DNA of 64,000 bases from Pseudomonadota bacterium (GCA_043825855.1 JBDRRJ010000009.1:17866-81865); one strand, 5' to 3'. Shown: positions 38,260 through 48,337, numbered from the stretch's first letter. The notes: generated by a model not told the origin, from the sequence alone. Numbers and translations: made by a program.

Positions 38260-39471
38260 TCACTTCAACTGTCTTGTTATTTCCGTTGCCTTTTTTAGTA
38301 ATTCAGTCCGCTTTACCTGATACTCTTCAGAGTCAATTCCACCTGATTCTGAAAGGTCATCTAATTCAGCTATGGCCCGCAAAACTACCTGCTTTTGTTC
38401 ATGCAGGTCTGTTTTGTTTATTTCGAGAGTCGGTTCATCCTCTTTATGCTGATCTTTCCGCCTCCTTAAGAAAGGAATGGTAACCCCGACTCCTATCAAC
38501 AGTACCAATAGTCCTGCAATAACCCACTTGAAAATGTTTTGCGTACCGGGAAGGTTGCTGAATTTTATAACAACCTGAGACCCTTTAGCAAAGTTTTTCC
38601 CTGAGAGGCGGGAAAAACGCCCTGCTGAATCTCCCATGGTTCCTTTGAATTCCATCTGATCACTCTTAGCTCCAATCCCTTTGGCGGGAAAGAAGAAATC
38701 GATACTGTCCGTCTTAACAGGGATACCTTTTATAAATTGATAAGTAGCCCCACTGTAATTAACTGCATAAGAAAATATGATTTTCCTTATACCCGGTTTA
38801 AAATCCATGGTGTCAGAGAAGCCTTCTTCTGTCTTAACAACAAACCAGGACATTAAACCGTCTATATAACTGATATTGGTTGCCTCTTTTGGTAAAGAAA
38901 TTTGAAGTGTTTCCTTCTTTCCTGGTTCAAGTTCTTTATTACCAACATATACCATATTCCCCTGGTTTTCAACTATCATCAGTTCCTTTATCCAAAGCGA
39001 ATCCCCTTTAATTTCTGAAAATATATGATGCATTTTGACATATAAATCTGTGTCCTTATCTGTCGTCTCATAGACGGTCAGATTAATGGCGAGAGTTTTT
39101 TTGTCCTCAAAGACTAAGGGTTGGCTGAAGTACTCTACTCCCTTATAATTGGTTAAAAGGAAGTATACTATTTTTTTGTCTACATCTATATCCTTAAATG
39201 AAATGAAACCACCGGGTTTAGTTTTTGCACGACTGACTTCCGACTCTTTTTCGTCAACAAACTGGTAAAGTACTATTTCGAGGCCTTCCATGCCTTTCTT
39301 ACCCAATGTATCATTGGTGACCTGTCCTTTGATAATACCTGATGACAAATCTTCGGCCATCGTAACAACAGGGAGCGAAAGAAAGAGTAACAGCAAGACT
39401 GTTGTGTATATTGAGTTATATATTTGCTTCATTGGCGCTTCCTGAAAGATAAGCGATTTCCGGGCACTCAT
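38260..39471 (-). CDS. Hypothetical exported protein in the ccm cluster, with an N-terminal signal peptide, a C-terminal TM anchor and a cytoplasmic coiled-coil tail. The true start is possibly the Met at 39432.
   Basis: MKQIYNSIYTTVLLLLFLSLPVVTMA signal; …WVIAGLLVLLIGVGVTIPFLRRRK TM near the C-terminus. No CcmH CxxC motif. Confidence 0.4.
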   Translation of the reverse strand: MSARKSLIFQEAPMKQIYNSIYTTVLLLLFLSLPVVTMAEDLSSGIIKGQVTNDTLGKKGMEGLEIVLYQFVDEKESEVSRAKTKPGGFISFKDIDVDKKIVYFLLTNYKGVEYFSQPLVFEDKKTLAINLTVYETTDKDTDLYVKMHHIFSEIKGDSLWIKELMIVENQGNMVYVGNKELEPGKKETLQISLPKEATNISYIDGLMSWFVVKTEEGFSDTMDFKPGIRKIIFSYAVNYSGATYQFIKGIPVKTDSIDFFFPAKGIGAKSDQMEFKGTMGDSAGRFSRLSGKNFAKGSQVVIKFSNLPGTQNIFKWVIAGLLVLLIGVGVTIPFLRRRKDQHKEDEPTLEINKTDLHEQKQVVLRAIAELDDLSESGGIDSEEYQVKRTELLKKATEITRQLK

Positions 39472-39480
39472 CTGTCTCTA

Positions 39481-39699
39481 TTATTTTTTAGTCTGTCTTG
39501 TCCGTATCGCAGAAATTTCCTCTTCAATCTCTTTTTCAATATCTGCTTCAGACAGAACCGTTTCACCTCTTTTATTTGACGCGAGTTTATTAGTCTTTAC
39601 AGTAGGAGACCCTTTTAATCTATTTGGCTTTAACAGAGGATATATTATCCAGCAGCCTGCCGCTATGAGTAAACCTATAATCACAATATATTCCAGCAT
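39481..39699 (-). CDS. Small single-TM protein immediately downstream of ccmF (trimmed to the Met at 39699)
   Basis: MLEYIVIIGLLIAAGCWIIYPLL…, 72 aa. Confidence 0.3.
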   Translation of the reverse strand: MLEYIVIIGLLIAAGCWIIYPLLKPNRLKGSPTVKTNKLASNKRGETVLSEADIEKEIEEEISAIRTRQTKK

Positions 39700-39709
39700 A
39701 TAGAGTCTC

Positions 39710-41662
39710 CTACAGACCAGCCCCCTCAGTTTTTTTTCTGCGATCCGGTAAAGTTGCAATAGCAGCCCCCAAAGCCATTACTATTCCGCCGATCCAGAGC
39801 CAGAGCACAAGAGGATTTATCATAACTTTAAAAGCTGCCTCATCTTCGTCATATCCGGCCAAAATGACATAGAAGTCTTCCTTTAAGTTTGTATGAATTG
39901 CTACATCCGTGGTTAACTGATCCTGCCCTTTGTATAAGCTCTTTTCGGGCGCTAAAACCCCAACTTTATGATTCCCCTTAAAAAGTGTAAGTATTGCAGC
40001 AACTGTAAGCTTGTTTTCACTATTATAATTATTGAGCGTATCATACCTCAATGTGTATCCCTTTAGATCAAAAGATTCTCCCTTTTTTAATGTTATCTGT
40101 TTTTCCATATTAAAGGCACTGCCAGTGACAGCCACAAATATCAAAACAACCCCCAGGTGAACGAGATAACCGCCGTATCGTCTTTTATTCCTTGCTACCA
40201 GATTCCACAATGCCTTTGGGTATTTTTCGCCTGATGATGTGTGTCGTGTTCTGGTACCATTAAGTAACTTAAGAAAAAGGGTAACCAGGGCAAAAATTGA
40301 TAGGGAAAATGATGCCAGTACATAAAGAGAACCTATCCCCAAAAGATAGAGAACAATAGCCCCTGTCATGGAGAAAATAAAAGGTAAAAGCAACTTTTTC
40401 AGGAAGTTCTTGGCGGATGATTTGCTCCAGGTAATTAAGGGGCATACTCCTGCCAGCAGTAATAGTAGTAAAGCAACAGGGGGAACAACAGTATTAAAAA
40501 AAGGGGGACCTATTGTAATTTTTACACCACGAATTGCTTCGTATATAACAGGTAAAAGTGTTCCCCAGAGTATTGCAAAAGCCATCCCGACGAGAAGGAG
40601 ATTGTTATACAGGAAGGTGCTTTCTTTGGAGAGCGGGGATTCCATAAGGTTTTTGCTTTTTAGCTCAGGCAGTCGATAGATTAGGAAAATTAAAGATATT
40701 ACAGTTACTATGCCTAAAAATAACAGAAAGAGCCAACCAAGTGATGATTGTCCAAAGGCATGGACTGAAGAAAGAACCCCACTCCTGGTTATAAAGGTTC
40801 CAAAAATAGTTAGGAGAAAAGTGAATATGATCAAAAGAATATTCCATATCTTCAGCATACCACGTTTTTCCTGGATCATTACCGAATGCAGGTAGGCTGT
40901 TCCGATGAGCCAGGGTATTAACGAGGCATTTTCAACCGGGTCCCATCCCCAGTAGCCTCCCCATCCCAGCTCCACATAAGCCCACTGAGCGCCCAATACG
41001 TTTCCCACTGTCAAAAATAACCATGAAAAAATTGCCCATTTTCTGGTAGTTCTTATCCAGACGTTTCCCAGTTGCCCTGTAATTAATGCTGCTATAGCAA
41101 ATGCGAACGGGACAGAAAATCCGACATAGCCTAAAAATAGAGTAGGTGGGTGAAATATCATGCCGGGGTTTTGGAGCAAAGGGTTTAACCCTTGACCGTC
41201 AAACGGCACTGGGCTTATGGTCTTGAATGGATTGGACACAAAGACCATCAGGAGCGTGAAAAAAAAAGTAATTATCATCAATACTGAAAGAACATAGGGA
41301 AGAAGCTCGAGGTTTTTCTCCCTGTTCTGGAAAATCACTATTGCCGCATAAATAGAAAGAAGCCATGCCCAGAAAAGCAGGGAGCCTGCCTGCCCAGCAT
41401 AAAAGGCAGTTACTGTATAAATCATTGGAAGAGTGCTATTTGTGTATCTCGCTACGTATTCGACCTGAAAATCCCTTGTCACCAGGGAATATATCATAGC
41501 GATAGAGGCTAAAGTCAGAAACCCGAATACAGTGATAGCAGCATTTTTTGAACTGACAATCAACTCTTCTTTCCGGCCTCTAATCCCTATAATCGAGGTT
41601 AATGCCGAATAGCCGGCAAATAAGAATGCAATTAAAAGAGAATAAAATCCTATTTCAGTCAT
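39710..41662 (-). CDS. ccmF: CcmF cytochrome c-type biogenesis protein (heme lyase component)
   Basis: 650-aa polytopic protein with a WGGYWGWDPVENASLIPW WWD domain. Confidence 0.9.
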   Translation of the reverse strand: MTEIGFYSLLIAFLFAGYSALTSIIGIRGRKEELIVSSKNAAITVFGFLTLASIAMIYSLVTRDFQVEYVARYTNSTLPMIYTVTAFYAGQAGSLLFWAWLLSIYAAIVIFQNREKNLELLPYVLSVLMIITFFFTLLMVFVSNPFKTISPVPFDGQGLNPLLQNPGMIFHPPTLFLGYVGFSVPFAFAIAALITGQLGNVWIRTTRKWAIFSWLFLTVGNVLGAQWAYVELGWGGYWGWDPVENASLIPWLIGTAYLHSVMIQEKRGMLKIWNILLIIFTFLLTIFGTFITRSGVLSSVHAFGQSSLGWLFLLFLGIVTVISLIFLIYRLPELKSKNLMESPLSKESTFLYNNLLLVGMAFAILWGTLLPVIYEAIRGVKITIGPPFFNTVVPPVALLLLLLAGVCPLITWSKSSAKNFLKKLLLPFIFSMTGAIVLYLLGIGSLYVLASFSLSIFALVTLFLKLLNGTRTRHTSSGEKYPKALWNLVARNKRRYGGYLVHLGVVLIFVAVTGSAFNMEKQITLKKGESFDLKGYTLRYDTLNNYNSENKLTVAAILTLFKGNHKVGVLAPEKSLYKGQDQLTTDVAIHTNLKEDFYVILAGYDEDEAAFKVMINPLVLWLWIGGIVMALGAAIATLPDRRKKTEGAGL

Positions 41663-41800
41663 ATTTTCCTATTTAGTCTATTCTGAAAAATTCCTTTTTT
41701 CATTTTTTATGGCGAACTATTTAGTTTGTACCTTCTGGGAATTTTTATAGTTCCTTTTGCTTATCATATCAAGAAGTTATTTATGTGAAGAAGATGTCTA

Positions 41801-43036
41801 TCAGGTTTTTTTTCTGCCATCCTTAAGTACTATGCCAAGCCGGCCCATCTCTTCCCTTATCCTGTCTGCCGGTTTCCAAATCTCTTTTTCTCTCAATTCA
41901 TTTCTAACCGTCAGGAGCAATTCCATCAAAGAAGTCAGTAGATTTTTATCCTCTTTTGATGTCTCCAATGCCTTGCTTATAATCCTGATCTGCATATCAA
42001 CCAGTCTTTCGTAGGCGTTAATTAGCTTATCGAATGTTTCTCCACCCGCCTTTGCCTTATGAATTTTATTCAATAGCTCATTAGTGACCCCTGCGGCAGA
42101 AGCGATGTCTCCTCTTTCTTCCAGGGTTCTAAGAAACTTTTTTTCCATCTCTGAAATCTTTGTCAATAAAGATTCACCCGTCGACGCTGAGGAAAGCAAA
42201 ACGGCTGTCTGTTTAATTTTTTCTCCGGATGGGGCTAATTCGTCAAATCCAAAAATCGAATCATTTGAGAAAGTTTTGTCACACCCCTTTCTTCGTATAA
42301 TAACCTGTCCCACCCCGTTAACTGAACAGGTTCTCTGGTCCAGATCTATAATACAGGCTGTGTGTTCATCTAAACCCAGTATAGTCGTTGAATCGGGTAA
42401 CTGGTCTTCCAAAACATTTAACCTTGGCGCACCCATATAACAAAACCTGGTGTCATGATTCCCTCCTTCAGAGTTATTCCAGTGAGGGATGACAACAATA
42501 TCCAGTCCCAAATCTCCAAGTAAATCAAGACCGTCCATCCAAAAGGGGGCTTCACCCACCTTGTAAATTTCATATATGGGGATAGAATATCTGCCCACAC
42601 AGATCGATGCAGCGCTTGCAAAAACCAGATGGCTGCCCTTATAAAGACTCGTCTTGATGGCATCTCCCACAGCGTTTCCCAACCAGTTTTTAAGAGCATA
42701 GGTAGGGCTGCCGGGACCTGAAAATATAAAATGGGCATTCATTATCTTATGGGCTGCCTCTTTTAACTCCAGGGGGGTTGCTCTGGAAAAGTCCATAAAT
42801 AAAACAGGCTCCATCTTTACCCTAAAGTGTTTTTCAAAATACTCTCCTGCTTTCTGTGATAATACGTCTGAATTAAGCTGAAACCCTGCCGGGGTATCGA
42901 GAAAGAGTGCCCTTACAGGTTTTTCCTCGATCCTGTTCAGGATTTTCTTGTGCACCCTCACCATGGAACTGGTCATCTCTCCTGATCCCATGATGGTTAT
43001 TGTTCCTTTTTTATTGCTTTGATAATCCTTTGACAA
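41801..43036 (-). CDS. Peptidase S51-like (cyanophycinase / dipeptidase E fold) protein with a ~130-aa C-terminal coiled-coil extension
   Basis: AHFIFSGPGSPTYALKNWLGN…LYKGSHLVFASAASICVG parallels peptidase E IIIVGGGNTFQLL…ALYIGWSAGANLAC. Confidence 0.4.
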   Translation of the reverse strand: MSKDYQSNKKGTITIMGSGEMTSSMVRVHKKILNRIEEKPVRALFLDTPAGFQLNSDVLSQKAGEYFEKHFRVKMEPVLFMDFSRATPLELKEAAHKIMNAHFIFSGPGSPTYALKNWLGNAVGDAIKTSLYKGSHLVFASAASICVGRYSIPIYEIYKVGEAPFWMDGLDLLGDLGLDIVVIPHWNNSEGGNHDTRFCYMGAPRLNVLEDQLPDSTTILGLDEHTACIIDLDQRTCSVNGVGQVIIRRKGCDKTFSNDSIFGFDELAPSGEKIKQTAVLLSSASTGESLLTKISEMEKKFLRTLEERGDIASAAGVTNELLNKIHKAKAGGETFDKLINAYERLVDMQIRIISKALETSKEDKNLLTSLMELLLTVRNELREKEIWKPADRIREEMGRLGIVLKDGRKKT

Positions 43037-43261
43037 AGCTTTATCCTTTAAAAATTATGGCTATAAATCTCAATAAAGCCACTAAGCGGTTGGCATCGGG
43101 ATAGACCTGGATGTCCAGGTGTATGAAGGCGCATTATCTTACGATCTTGTGAGCTGATCATTAGCCTTGTGAAAAGTCAACCGGCGTTTGATCTTTTCTT
43201 TGAGGCAAGAAGCAGGATCATGACATTTGATCCATTTCCGTTCTGATAGATGTTGACAGAC

Positions 43262-43894
43262 TTATGGTGCAGCCCAGTCTTTACCCAGGTACAGGGGAAG
43301 CTCTCCGCAACATACAGGTCCTATATTTACCTTCCATCCTGTTAGCCGTTCTATTTCCTTTGTTAAAGGTTCGGCAAATCCAGGTATGATTATCTCCCTA
43401 TGGTTGAGTTTTTCACTCATGTTGTTATCCTCAATCATATTCTTAACACGTTCCGGAGTGAATGTCTTAAGAATTACTGCCATATCCATTGTATCTCCTT
43501 TTGTGTCCATAAACAAAACATAAAAAGGTTTGACCGTTGTGGAAAGTATGGCAGAAAGAGCTACTTGGGTAAGCTCAGAATTGCCAGAGATTAAAAGAGT
43601 AGAGTCTTTGTCCGGCATATTGAACTCAACCAGACCGACTTCTGCCGGGACGGGAAGCTGCATAAGCTCAATTTCCGGGATGATCTTTTCGGAATTCAAG
43701 GCAGTACTGAATGCATAAGCCATATTCCCGGAAATATAAGGACAAACCTCAGGTTTATACTCATATGTCCGTAACCTTTCCAGCAATTCTTTGCAGGTTT
43801 CAAAACCGCATTCTCCGCAGTCGATTTGAGGCAAGTATTTGTAATAGTCGATTTGGTTAAAATATAAGATGGCTTTTAACATGATTCTATTCAA
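43262..43894 (-). CDS. Fe-S cluster-binding domain protein with the CGECGFETC motif (similar to the N-terminal domain of the corrinoid/Fe-S protein)
   Basis: DCGECGFETCKELL…VCPY cysteine pattern. The remainder is not recognised. Confidence 0.4.
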   Translation of the reverse strand: MNRIMLKAILYFNQIDYYKYLPQIDCGECGFETCKELLERLRTYEYKPEVCPYISGNMAYAFSTALNSEKIIPEIELMQLPVPAEVGLVEFNMPDKDSTLLISGNSELTQVALSAILSTTVKPFYVLFMDTKGDTMDMAVILKTFTPERVKNMIEDNNMSEKLNHREIIIPGFAEPLTKEIERLTGWKVNIGPVCCGELPLYLGKDWAAP

Positions 43895-44410
43895 ATATTA
43901 CCTGATAATTCCAAAGTTTTTTCATGATTCTCACCCTTGTGCAATATATAAACAAATATAACAAAATCGTATATAATTCAATGAAAAACTGTCTGAAGAG
44001 TTTTGGTGAACAACTCTCATTTAGCCGTAGTCATTGTTTTAATAGGGTCTAATCTTAAACGTTCGGTTATCTTGAAAAGTATGGCGACGGTTTATACCCT
44101 TATGTACGTATTATAAGGAAAACATTAACGGTTATTCCAGGATAAAAGGACAAAAAACAGACTTTAATTAAGTATGACCAAGCTATTATTGAGCAATAAA
44201 AAAATGTATTTTGGATAAAAAATTATGTATAATAAACAAACTGTAAATTGAAAAACAATAACTTAGCAAAATATTTAAACTTTCTTTCTCTCGTGAGCGT
44301 TTTTCTAATTTTTTTCAGATGTAAAGTAACTCTTCTATTTCTTCAGATGTCTAAATAAACAAGTTATCAAAAATTGAAGTTTAAATATGATGGAGAAAGG
44401 AGATAACAAA

Positions 44411-45025
44411 ATGAAAAAGTTACTTTTAGGGACAATCCTTTTAACGTTGGTCATTGTTGCTCCTGCCCGTACAATGGCTGAGATAGATGTAAGAGTTGGG
44501 ATTTCTTTACCGCCTCTCATCTTATTTGGGTCAGCTCCGGATGTGGTAGTGCTGCCAGAGACGGACAATGTATATGTTGTGCCCAGCATAGGTGTAGACC
44601 TGTTTTTCTGGAGTGGCTGGTGGTGGCGTCCATGGGAAGGTCGCTGGTATCGCTCACGTTATTATGACAGGGGATGGGCTTATTATGACAGAGTACCGGT
44701 ATTCTATTTTGATGTAGAACCGGGTTGGAGAAATCACTACAGAGACCATAGTTGGTATAATCACCGCTGGGAACATAAACGGATTCCTAATCAAGAACTT
44801 CAACGGAACTGGAAAAACTGGCAAAAAAACCGTTATTGGGAAAGGCAGAGAACCTGGGACATCCAAAAGTATAGACCTCAACCGCAACAACGGAGACAGG
44901 AACTGAGAAATCAAAGGCAACAGCAATATCAGCAGAGATCTGAGGTTCGTCAGGAAAGACAGAGACGGGAACGAAGAGAACAAAGGCCTGATGTTCAGCG
45001 ACAATACCAGGATCGACAAAGATAA
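44411..45025 (+). CDS. Secreted Trp/Arg/Tyr-rich protein with a short Gln/Arg-rich tail; paralogue of 45893..47032. Start trimmed to MKKLLLG, which has an RBS (aaaggaga).
   Basis: Signal peptide, then a conserved core: …VYVVPSIGVDLFFWSGWWWRPWEGRWYRSRYYDRGWAYYDRVPVFYFDVEPGWRNHYRDHSWYNHRW…. Confidence 0.6.
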   Translation: MKKLLLGTILLTLVIVAPARTMAEIDVRVGISLPPLILFGSAPDVVVLPETDNVYVVPSIGVDLFFWSGWWWRPWEGRWYRSRYYDRGWAYYDRVPVFYFDVEPGWRNHYRDHSWYNHRWEHKRIPNQELQRNWKNWQKNRYWERQRTWDIQKYRPQPQQRRQELRNQRQQQYQQRSEVRQERQRRERREQRPDVQRQYQDRQR

Positions 45026-45154
45026 CTTTGGGCATAGGCAAGGAAATTACAAAATACGACATCGATGCTGACCATTTCAGTAATGCCTTTATTAATGAGG
45101 CTATGGACCGGTATTACTTTAACAATATTTTTCTGTGGGTGTGATTCAGGGTGA

Positions 45155-45778
45155 TTACTTGTTTTGGATGTTGGCTATCCGGTCATTCCATGATGGATGG
45201 CTATCCCAAAATCCGCCACCCTCGGCAGAGTCTTTTTGGAGAGTTTTAAGGATTTGAATTTGTCTCTCAATGGAAATACCAAAGTGAGTAACAAGGACAT
45301 CGGAAGCCAGCTGATCGGCTTCCCGCTCCTGGGGTTTGCTGTAATTACTGGTAACTGCAGGATTGACAGCGTAATTTAACAAACCTGCGCCGGGAACAAA
45401 AATATCAACGATCATCATAACTCCTGTGGTAGCTATACTTACAGCCTGTTTTTTCTGGACATGGTTCAGTTTTATATGAGCCATTTCATGAACAATGACG
45501 AAGGTTAGGGTATCGTCATCATACCTGAAAAGACCTTCAGAAAGATTCACGTTATTATTTGCGTCAACAAAAGCATTAGGAGCTTTACCACCGTAAAAAT
45601 ACAGTTTGCATTCCTCTGTGATTTCCATGTCGTGGAGTGCTTTATTAAATATCTCCACACTTGGACGATCTTTAATATATTGAGGGACTATGTAAGGTTG
45701 ACGCGGGGAAGCGCAACCGATGAAAAGGGTAATGATTATAAGTGTTAATCCTATTCGTTTCATGTTATTATTATACAC
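45155..45778 (-). CDS. M48-family zinc metallopeptidase lipoprotein
   Basis: Lipobox LFIGCASP and HEMAHIKLNH (HExxH…H). Confidence 0.7.
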   Translation of the reverse strand: MYNNNMKRIGLTLIIITLFIGCASPRQPYIVPQYIKDRPSVEIFNKALHDMEITEECKLYFYGGKAPNAFVDANNNVNLSEGLFRYDDDTLTFVIVHEMAHIKLNHVQKKQAVSIATTGVMMIVDIFVPGAGLLNYAVNPAVTSNYSKPQEREADQLASDVLVTHFGISIERQIQILKTLQKDSAEGGGFWDSHPSWNDRIANIQNK

Positions 45779-45892
45779 TCTATTCAGGTTTTACAAAAGT
45801 TTTTAGTTTAAAACCTCTTTTTCGCAAAAGCATTTTTCTGGGATTTTTTTATAAATAAAAGTTTAAAAGTTATGGAGAAAGGAAATAACAAA

Positions 45893-47032
45893 ATGAAAAG
45901 GTTATTTTTGGGGACAATCCTTTTATCATTGGTAATTATCGTTGCTGCCTGTGTAGTGCCTGGAGCGAGTTTAAGAGTTGCAGTTCCTTTGCCGCCGTAC
46001 ATTGCATTCAGGTCAGCTCCGGATGTTATAGTGTTGCCAGATACGGATGATGTGTACGTTGTGCCCGATATCGATATAGACCTGTTTTTCTGGGGTGGCT
46101 GGTGGTGGCGTCCATGGGACGGTCGCTGGTATCGCTCACTTTATTATGACCGGGGATGGGCTTACTATGCCAGAGTTCCGATCTTCTATTTTGACATCGA
46201 TCCGGGTTGGAGAAGTCATTACAGAAACCATAGTTGGTTTAATTACCGCTGGGACTATAAACGGATCCCTCAACGGGAACTTCAACAGAACTGGAAAACC
46301 TGGCAGAAAAATCGATATTGGGAAAAGCAGAGAACCTGGGACATACAAAAGTATGAACCCCGACCGCTACAACAAAGACAGGAACTGAGAAATCAAAGGC
46401 AACAGCAATATCAGCAGAGACCTGAGATTCAGCAAGAAAGACAGAGATTGGAACTAAGAGATCAAAAGCAGGAGCAATATCAACAAAGGCCTGAAGTTCA
46501 GCAAGAACAACAGAGGCAGGAGCTGAGAAATCAAAAGGAAGAAGAGCAACGCAGAATTGAGATTCAGCAAGAAAGACAGCGACAGGAGCTACGAGAGCGA
46601 AAGGAAGAAGATCAACGAAGACTAGAGATGCAGCAAGAACAACAGAGACCCGAGGTTGGGCAAGAACGACAAAGGGAGGAATTAAAAGATCAAAGGCAAG
46701 AACAGTATCAACAAAGACCTGATGTTCAACAGGAACGGCAGAGGCAGGAACTAAAAGATCAAAAGCAGAAGCAATATCAACAGAGGCCTGAGGTTCAGCA
46801 ACAAGAAAAGAAACAGGAGTTACTTAAACAAAGAGAAGAAGAAAAACGAAGAATTGAGATGCAGCAGGAACGACAGAAGCAGGAGCTACGTAAGCAAAGG
46901 GAAGAAGTTAAACAGAAACCTGAAGTTAGGCAAAAACTAGAGAAAGAGAAAGTAAAAGATAAAGATCAAGAGCAACAGGAAGAGGAAGATCTACAGAAGC
47001 CAGAGCTTAAGCGAAATTTGCGGCAGAGATAA
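45893..47032 (+). CDS. Secreted Trp/Arg/Tyr-rich protein with a long Gln/Arg/Glu-rich tandem-repeat tail; paralogue of 44411..45025
   Basis: Same signal peptide plus W-rich core (…DIDLFFWGGWWWRPWDGRWYRSLYYDRGWAYYARVPIFYFDIDPGW…), followed by about nine 25-26-aa repeats of the form QQRPEVQQE.QRQELRNQKEE. Confidence 0.6.
   Translation: MKRLFLGTILLSLVIIVAACVVPGASLRVAVPLPPYIAFRSAPDVIVLPDTDDVYVVPDIDIDLFFWGGWWWRPWDGRWYRSLYYDRGWAYYARVPIFYFDIDPGWRSHYRNHSWFNYRWDYKRIPQRELQQNWKTWQKNRYWEKQRTWDIQKYEPRPLQQRQELRNQRQQQYQQRPEIQQERQRLELRDQKQEQYQQRPEVQQEQQRQELRNQKEEEQRRIEIQQERQRQELRERKEEDQRRLEMQQEQQRPEVGQERQREELKDQRQEQYQQRPDVQQERQRQELKDQKQKQYQQRPEVQQQEKKQELLKQREEEKRRIEMQQERQKQELRKQREEVKQKPEVRQKLEKEKVKDKDQEQQEEEDLQKPELKRNLRQR
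46380..46960 (+). repeat. In-frame tandem repeats of about 75-78 bp that encode the Gln/Arg/Glu-rich tail
   Basis: Units such as caacagcaatatcagcagagacctgagattcagcaagaaagacagagattggaactaagagatcaaaag recur with variation. Confidence 0.5.
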
Positions 47033-47402
47033 AAGCAAAAGTACGAGCAGAGACAAAGAAAAACCTTACCTTTCCCTTTTATAGCCCCCTTCACAGGGGG
47101 CTACCTCCTTAAAACTAACCTCGATATCTTATATCTACTATTGTTTTAATGGAATTTAGTCGGTTTATCCCAGCTTGTGCAGGGAGCATATTATGTTCCA
47201 GCCAACCCCATTTTCTTATTGACATGCATAATCTTTGATTGTTATATATATGAAAAACCTTACAAACAAGATAGACAAAACCTTAAGTTAATTTCTTAAC
47301 AACTATTTAAGGTATTTTGATATAAAATCATACCAATAAACTAACCTAAATAATCTAACTGTAAGAATCTAGCATAAATTATTATTCAGCAATAACTTTC
47401 AA

Positions 47403-48305
47403 ATGAAAAATTCAGATAATAAAATAACAGTTTACGGTTCATCGCAAATACAAAAGAAAATATTCACAATACGTAACGAACAAGTTATCGTAGATCGTGA
47501 TCTAGCAGAATTGTATCAAGTCCCTACTAAACGTCTTAATGAGCAAGTGAAAAGAAATATAGAGAGATTCCCCGATACTTTTAGATTTCAGCTTGATGAT
47601 AACGAAAAAATTGAACTGGTCGCAAATTGCGACCGGTTCGAAAATCTTAAACATTCTTCCGTAAATCCATACGTTTTTACAGAGCAAGGCGTGGCTATGC
47701 TTTCAGCAGTATTGAAAAGCGAAATCGCAGTAGCAGTAAGCATACAAATTATAAATGCTTTTGTTGCTATGCGGAAATTCCTTGTTACAAACGCCGGGGT
47801 TTTTCAGCGGTTAGATAAATTAGAAATTAAGCAAATTGAAACAGATCAAAAATTTGAAAAAGTATTTAATGCGTTACAAAAAAAAGACTATGAACCTAAA
47901 CAAGGGATCTTTTTCGACGGACAAATTTTTGATGCTTACAAGTTTGTCTCATCTCTTATTCGCAAAGCTGAAAAAACCATTCTGTTAATTGATAACTATA
48001 TCGATGAAACTGTCCTGGATTTGTTTACCAAGAAGAAAAAGGATGTTTCTGTAACAATATTAACAGCTAATCTTAACAAATCTCTAACACTTGATGGAAA
48101 GAAATTCAACAAACAGTATCCGCGTATAACCATAAAAGAATTTAACAAAGCACACGATAGATTTTTGATTGTTGATGACAGCGTTGTTTACCACTTTGGC
48201 GCTTCATTGAAGGATTTGGGTAATAAGTGGTTTGCTTTTTCAAAGATGGATAAATCCGTACTTGAATTATTAGAAAACCTTAAAAAGGTTGATGCTGATG
48301 ATTGA
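47403..48305 (+). CDS. ORF6N (KilA-N superfamily) domain protein with an uncharacterised C-terminal domain
   Basis: …VYGSSQIQKKIFTIRNEQVIVDRDLAELYQVPTKRLNEQVKRNIERFPDTFRFQL…NPYVFTEQGVAMLSAVLKS. Confidence 0.6.
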   Translation: MKNSDNKITVYGSSQIQKKIFTIRNEQVIVDRDLAELYQVPTKRLNEQVKRNIERFPDTFRFQLDDNEKIELVANCDRFENLKHSSVNPYVFTEQGVAMLSAVLKSEIAVAVSIQIINAFVAMRKFLVTNAGVFQRLDKLEIKQIETDQKFEKVFNALQKKDYEPKQGIFFDGQIFDAYKFVSSLIRKAEKTILLIDNYIDETVLDLFTKKKKDVSVTILTANLNKSLTLDGKKFNKQYPRITIKEFNKAHDRFLIVDDSVVYHFGASLKDLGNKWFAFSKMDKSVLELLENLKKVDADD

Positions 48306-48337
48306 GTGGAAGGAAAATGAAGTCGGTAAAATTCCGT

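Noticed and set aside
44335-46388. Minus-strand and alternate-frame ORFs overlapping the W/R-rich paralogues (44335..44589, 44654..45019, 44787..45062, 45808..46002, 46095..46388, 46136..46348)
   Set aside because: Low-complexity frames generated by the repetitive Trp/Arg/Gln codon composition of the genuine plus-strand genes. Two of them mirror the conserved 5-prime ends of the paralogues.
46380-46960. Possible CRISPR-like periodicity
   Set aside because: The periodic ~78-bp units are in-frame coding repeats with continuous variation and no unique spacers or conserved direct repeats. There are no cas genes. It is not a CRISPR array.
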